IMG/VR virus record: IMGVR_UViG_3300028048_000141
Location: 1,476 to 65,475 of that record
Origin: a virus
Reading direction: 5' to 3' (one strand)
Length of the DNA: 64,000 nucleotides
In this document: piece after piece, positions 60,326 through 64,000 of the stretch
How the letters are laid out: each line of letters starts with the position of its first letter
How positions within the stretch are numbered: position 1 is the stretch's first letter
The notes under the pieces: generated by a model
What the model was told of the DNA's origin: nothing
Seen by the model: only the letters and a program-made list of their open reading frames with translations
Databases searched by the model: none
Translations under genes and position numbers: made by a program

Positions 60326-61693
60326 TTAATTTCCTCCGGGAACGATGATGCTGAGTGCGTCGTCACCAGCGACAACGTCAGGCAAGTTGCCATCCCATTT
60401 AGCGAGGTATGCGAGGTATTGTAGGTAGTCCTCTACGAGCGATTTGAACTTATCGGCACCGGGTCCGGTTGTGATGTCGATGTCATACTTGGTGGCAACC
60501 AACGTGACCGTCGTGGTTACCGTCATAGTTCCGGTTTCGATTCCGACGGTTTCTGTCGTGGTGGATTCCGCCTGTTTGACATCGAACACGTCTTCGGCAG
60601 TCGCGATTGTTACGTCACCGTTGGAGTATTCGGTCTTGACTTCTGTCTTGTAAGTATACTCTTCGTTGACGGTATAACCTATGGTTCTCGCCAACTCGAT
60701 GATGTTGTAGGTTGCCGCCTCGGCTGAAGCCTGCGCGACAATCTTCTGCGCCTCGGCGTTACCGTGGGCCTCCTCGATTTTCTTCTTCGCCTCAAGTTTG
60801 GCGACCTCCAATTCGGCTTCCGCCTTGGTGATGGACGCCTGCTTTTGCTGTTCCGCGATGACTTTGTCCTCGACGGCCTTCTCGAACTCATCTGTGAAAT
60901 CGATGTTGGTCAAGACGACGTCTTTGACGTTCACGTAATAGTCGGCGGAGATTCCATTCCTGACGTTATCGGAAACGTTATTGGAGAATTGCGCACGGTT
61001 TTGGATGATTGTCATGGCTTCGGCGGAAGACATGATGGCCTTCGTCTTTTCGATGGCGACTGTTTCGATACGGGCCTGAAGTGCGTCGAGGCTTCCGTAT
61101 TCGGTCGCGATTTTCATGATGTTCTCGCTTTGGACCTGATACTGTAAGAATACCTCAAGTTCCATCGTCTGCCCGTCTTTGGAATAGGCGAACGTGGTGA
61201 TTTTGTCCTGTTGGACCTTGGTATCGTAGGTTTCGTACTTGTTGGTCATGTAGAAGTCGAAGTACGTGCCCGGCAACCTCAAATCGTTAATCTTACCGAG
61301 TTGTCTGACGACGGCGACGGTACCGGTTTCGACCTGATGGAACGAACCGGGGACGGTGATGACGAACGCCAATGCGGCCAATGTCAGGCCGACGGCGGTC
61401 AAGAATCCGAGGGGCTTTGCCTCAGTGACCTGATGTTCGGCCTTGTACTGTTCGACGAGTGTATCGTATTTCTTGTTTTCCCTGGCGAGTTCCGCATCTG
61501 CTGTCTTACCGGAATACTGAAACTTGATATAGTCGATGCTTTCCTTGTGTTTTTTCTCGAGTTCGGCCAAGCCGTCTTCGTAACGGGATTCCTCTTCGCT
61601 CCTCTTGGAGTATTTGATTCCCTGCCAGATGGCGATGCCGGCCACGGCGGCCAATACCAAGAAACCCACCGTGAATAGAATTGCCTTAATCAT
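60326..61693 (-). CDS. SPFH/band-7 (stomatin/HflC-like) membrane protein
   Basis: N-terminal TM helix, second TM, SPFH core VETGTVAVVRQLGKINDLRLPGTYF, coiled coil, Thr-rich C-terminus. Confidence 0.65.
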   Translation of the reverse strand: MIKAILFTVGFLVLAAVAGIAIWQGIKYSKRSEEESRYEDGLAELEKKHKESIDYIKFQYSGKTADAELARENKKYDTLVEQYKAEHQVTEAKPLGFLTAVGLTLAALAFVITVPGSFHQVETGTVAVVRQLGKINDLRLPGTYFDFYMTNKYETYDTKVQQDKITTFAYSKDGQTMELEVFLQYQVQSENIMKIATEYGSLDALQARIETVAIEKTKAIMSSAEAMTIIQNRAQFSNNVSDNVRNGISADYYVNVKDVVLTNIDFTDEFEKAVEDKVIAEQQKQASITKAEAELEVAKLEAKKKIEEAHGNAEAQKIVAQASAEAATYNIIELARTIGYTVNEEYTYKTEVKTEYSNGDVTIATAEDVFDVKQAESTTTETVGIETGTMTVTTTVTLVATKYDIDITTGPGADKFKSLVEDYLQYLAYLAKWDGNLPDVVAGDDALSIIVPGGN

Positions 61694-61722
61694 ATCCTTT
61701 CATGTCCTCCTGATTAAAACGA

Positions 61723-63996
61723 TTATAACCTGAATTTAGATAGGGAGTCAAAGCATTTTTCCATGAATTTCTCCCTGAGGCTGATTATATCCGTCGGATA
61801 TGGATACGTGGGTGCCTCGCCCTTCGTCTTGACGGCGTCGTTCTCATATGCGTCCCTGCAGAACGCGTAGAATAGGTTTTCGAGGTATGACGTCAACATT
61901 CCCGTCTTCGTGATGTAACCGCATCTCAACGTCGTCGTCGCGACTCCCCTCAACTTCTTCCATAGATTGTAGTATCCCGTCTTGGCCTTGAACATGAATC
62001 CGGCCGAGTCCTCGAACACGAATCCCTCGACGTACTCACCGTTCAATTGGTATTCTACGTCATCCAAGGATTTGTAGAACTCATATAACGAATCCCAGTC
62101 CTTGAACTCATATACCAACTTCTTATGCTCGAACCCGAGTTCGTCCGCGATTGCCGACATCTCATTGTATCCGAGTTTCTCGAACGTGAGTTTGTTTTTT
62201 ATGATGTCAAGCAACACGAGTTTGCTCTTATCGTATTTTATGATGTGCGGGTCGTTCTTTACGTCGATGCACTCGAACACGAAACTGACTTTTTCGTCCG
62301 GGTTTTGCAGGGTTTTCTGTTTTTCCCTGAACCAGTTCAACAAAGAGTTCCATAACTTGTCGTCGTCTTGGTGCAACGCCGTGTGGATGTATTTGGCGAA
62401 ATCCCCGCCGAGTGATGACTTGCTTGCAATCAACAGGTCGTCCTTTTCCTCGTCATATGACACGATTGCGAGGAACCCGTTCTCCTTAAGGTAGGCCGAT
62501 ACCGGGAACACCAGGTTTGATTTGAGCGAAGCGGGCTCAGTGGCCGCGACCTCGCCGACCCTGAAGAACTTCTCATAACTCCTTGCCGCCACCTCATACT
62601 TGGCCGTGTCGATGAACAGGCCGCGTGCCAGGATTGTCTGACGGTTCCAGTTGCCCTTCTCGAAGGCTTCCCTGCTGAAGTTGAATGACGAGATGTTCCT
62701 ACCTTGGTCCTTCTCGTTGACGAACCTGTTGTTTCTGAGATAGTCTACGGCATCCTTGACCGTTTCGACCGGCCTTTCCTCCGTGTTGAGGTTTTCGTTG
62801 ACCGGCTGGCAGTCGTCCAGGTAAACGGGCGTCCACTTCAGGTTCCTGTCCAACTCTACGATTCTGAGTTGTCCGCCGAACTCGACCCTGCCCTCAAGGT
62901 TGAAAACCCTGTCGCAGATATCGATTTCGCTGCCCTCCGTGTTCCTGTGGCCATGGACGAGGAATTGGTTTTCCTTCGTCTGCGCCATCCAGGATTCGGA
63001 AACGGTGATGTAGTCGCTGTAGGTCCCGGCCCCGTGGATGAACTTATCCGTAGGCAGGAACAACGGGTTAGTGTTCAGGTTGGGGATGCCGCCATGGCAG
63101 GCGAGAATCTCCAAACCGTTGTATGTGATGTGGGAGAACTGCCTGCATTTGCGGTAGAACATCCTGGCCATCTTCTCGTCGAATCCGCCCTCAATCAAAG
63201 CCGGCTTCGTCTTGTATTCGAACTCGCGTGACCTGGCTGGAACACCTTCGCCGTAATCGCGAATCCAACGCTCGTGGTTTCCCTCAAGCAGACAGACGTT
63301 CGGCAGGTCCTTGATTGAATCAAGCCACTTCAGAACCTCGCAGTTTTGGTTTCCGCGGTCGATGTAGTCGCCCAAGAAGATGTATTCGTATTTCGGATTC
63401 AATCCGTTTTTGAAATCCGGATACTGCATCAAGGTGTCGAAGCACCCGTGGATGTCCCCGACGAACACGAGTTTTTCGTACTCGGAGACGTCGAACGGCT
63501 CGTCCAGGATGGATTCGAATTCGTCCGGCTGGATTACCTTGATTCCCGCCGGGACCTTTTGGGTCGCGTAACGGGCGTAGATATTGAGGATTGCCTTATC
63601 CGGAACAATCTTCTCCTGGGGCCTCATCCTGTTTTGCTTCAGACATGTCTCAAGCGGAACGCCCGTGAAATCTACGCAGAACATCCTGTATCTGTACTTG
63701 GACGCAAGGTCCTTGTACTGCTGCATGTCCTTGGTCTTTGAGCAGGTTGCGTCGATGACGGTGAATTCGCCGCGTTGCATCCTGTGCTCAAGAATCTTGA
63801 ACAAGACTGACCAAACCTCGTTTTCGTTGTCCCTTTCCTGCGAGATTGAGAACTCGCCGAAAGCGTTCAGGTCGACTGAACTGCAGAGGATTCTGATGTC
63901 GTCCGGGGACAACGTGTAGTTCTTAAGGTGGTGCTTCTCAATCCAGGTCGTTTTGCCTGCGCCAGGGGCACCACGCATCAATAATAGAGTTCTCAT
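61723..63996 (-). CDS. Pnkp-like RNA repair enzyme: 5' kinase, metallophosphatase, and ligase/adenylyltransferase domains
   Basis: P-loop GAPGAGKTT. Central calcineurin-like motifs VFVGDIHGC, GDYIDRG and GNHE. C-terminal KENG lysine motif. Same domain order as Clostridium thermocellum Pnkp. Confidence 0.7.
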   Translation of the reverse strand: MRTLLLMRGAPGAGKTTWIEKHHLKNYTLSPDDIRILCSSVDLNAFGEFSISQERDNENEVWSVLFKILEHRMQRGEFTVIDATCSKTKDMQQYKDLASKYRYRMFCVDFTGVPLETCLKQNRMRPQEKIVPDKAILNIYARYATQKVPAGIKVIQPDEFESILDEPFDVSEYEKLVFVGDIHGCFDTLMQYPDFKNGLNPKYEYIFLGDYIDRGNQNCEVLKWLDSIKDLPNVCLLEGNHERWIRDYGEGVPARSREFEYKTKPALIEGGFDEKMARMFYRKCRQFSHITYNGLEILACHGGIPNLNTNPLFLPTDKFIHGAGTYSDYITVSESWMAQTKENQFLVHGHRNTEGSEIDICDRVFNLEGRVEFGGQLRIVELDRNLKWTPVYLDDCQPVNENLNTEERPVETVKDAVDYLRNNRFVNEKDQGRNISSFNFSREAFEKGNWNRQTILARGLFIDTAKYEVAARSYEKFFRVGEVAATEPASLKSNLVFPVSAYLKENGFLAIVSYDEEKDDLLIASKSSLGGDFAKYIHTALHQDDDKLWNSLLNWFREKQKTLQNPDEKVSFVFECIDVKNDPHIIKYDKSKLVLLDIIKNKLTFEKLGYNEMSAIADELGFEHKKLVYEFKDWDSLYEFYKSLDDVEYQLNGEYVEGFVFEDSAGFMFKAKTGYYNLWKKLRGVATTTLRCGYITKTGMLTSYLENLFYAFCRDAYENDAVKTKGEAPTYPYPTDIISLREKFMEKCFDSLSKFRL

Positions 63997-64000
63997 TTCC

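Noticed and set aside
60181-60393. 70-aa ORF at 60181-60393
   Set aside because: It overlaps the 3' end of the SPFH gene in another frame and has no RBS.

Overview
This window reads as part of a large, tRNA-rich bacteriophage genome. Every credible gene, tRNA and signal sits on the minus strand, so transcription runs from high to low coordinates; the plus-strand ORFs in the track look like antisense artefacts. About 75 minus-strand CDSs are packed tightly, often with overlapping stop and start codons. AAGGAGG-type Shine-Dalgarno sites and sigma70-like promoters fit a Firmicutes-type host, and a RecU-like resolvase points the same way. A full replication and recombination module occupies 35.9-58.3 kb. 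It comprises SbcCD, a Cas4-like nuclease, three clamp-loader subunits, a RecA/UvsX-like recombinase, RecU-like and VRR-NUC-like nucleases, a DnaN-like clamp, family-A polymerase, gp32-like SSB, dUTPase, primase, DnaB-like helicase and DnaC-like loader. A type IA topoisomerase sits at 27-28.9 kb. The striking part is an RNA and translation toolkit. I parsed 26 tRNA genes in four clusters. A phage-encoded tmRNA has a G3-U70 wobble and an ACCA end. There is a Thg1-like tRNA 5'-end repair enzyme. A Pnkp-like protein with kinase, metallophosphatase and ligase domains reaches the window edge. A peptide-deformylase homolog has lost its metal ligands, and an HD hydrolase lies nearby. Intergenic space is highly patterned. 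One recurrent motif, GAAAAnCGTGTATAATAT, is a strong -10 promoter. A second, CGCTAAATTAA, has no -35 consensus and often lies directly after a terminator and 5-35 nt upstream of start codons, so it may mark a separate promoter class. Other features are iteron-like ACGTAACGT repeats, ACATTATA/TATAATGT palindromes, and three ORF-free structured regions that each have a promoter and that I flag as candidate ncRNAs. Also present are two BspA-type leucine-rich-repeat proteins, further metallophosphoesterases and many hypothetical proteins. All calls come from reading the sequence by eye; coordinates of short signals are approximate to within a few nucleotides.
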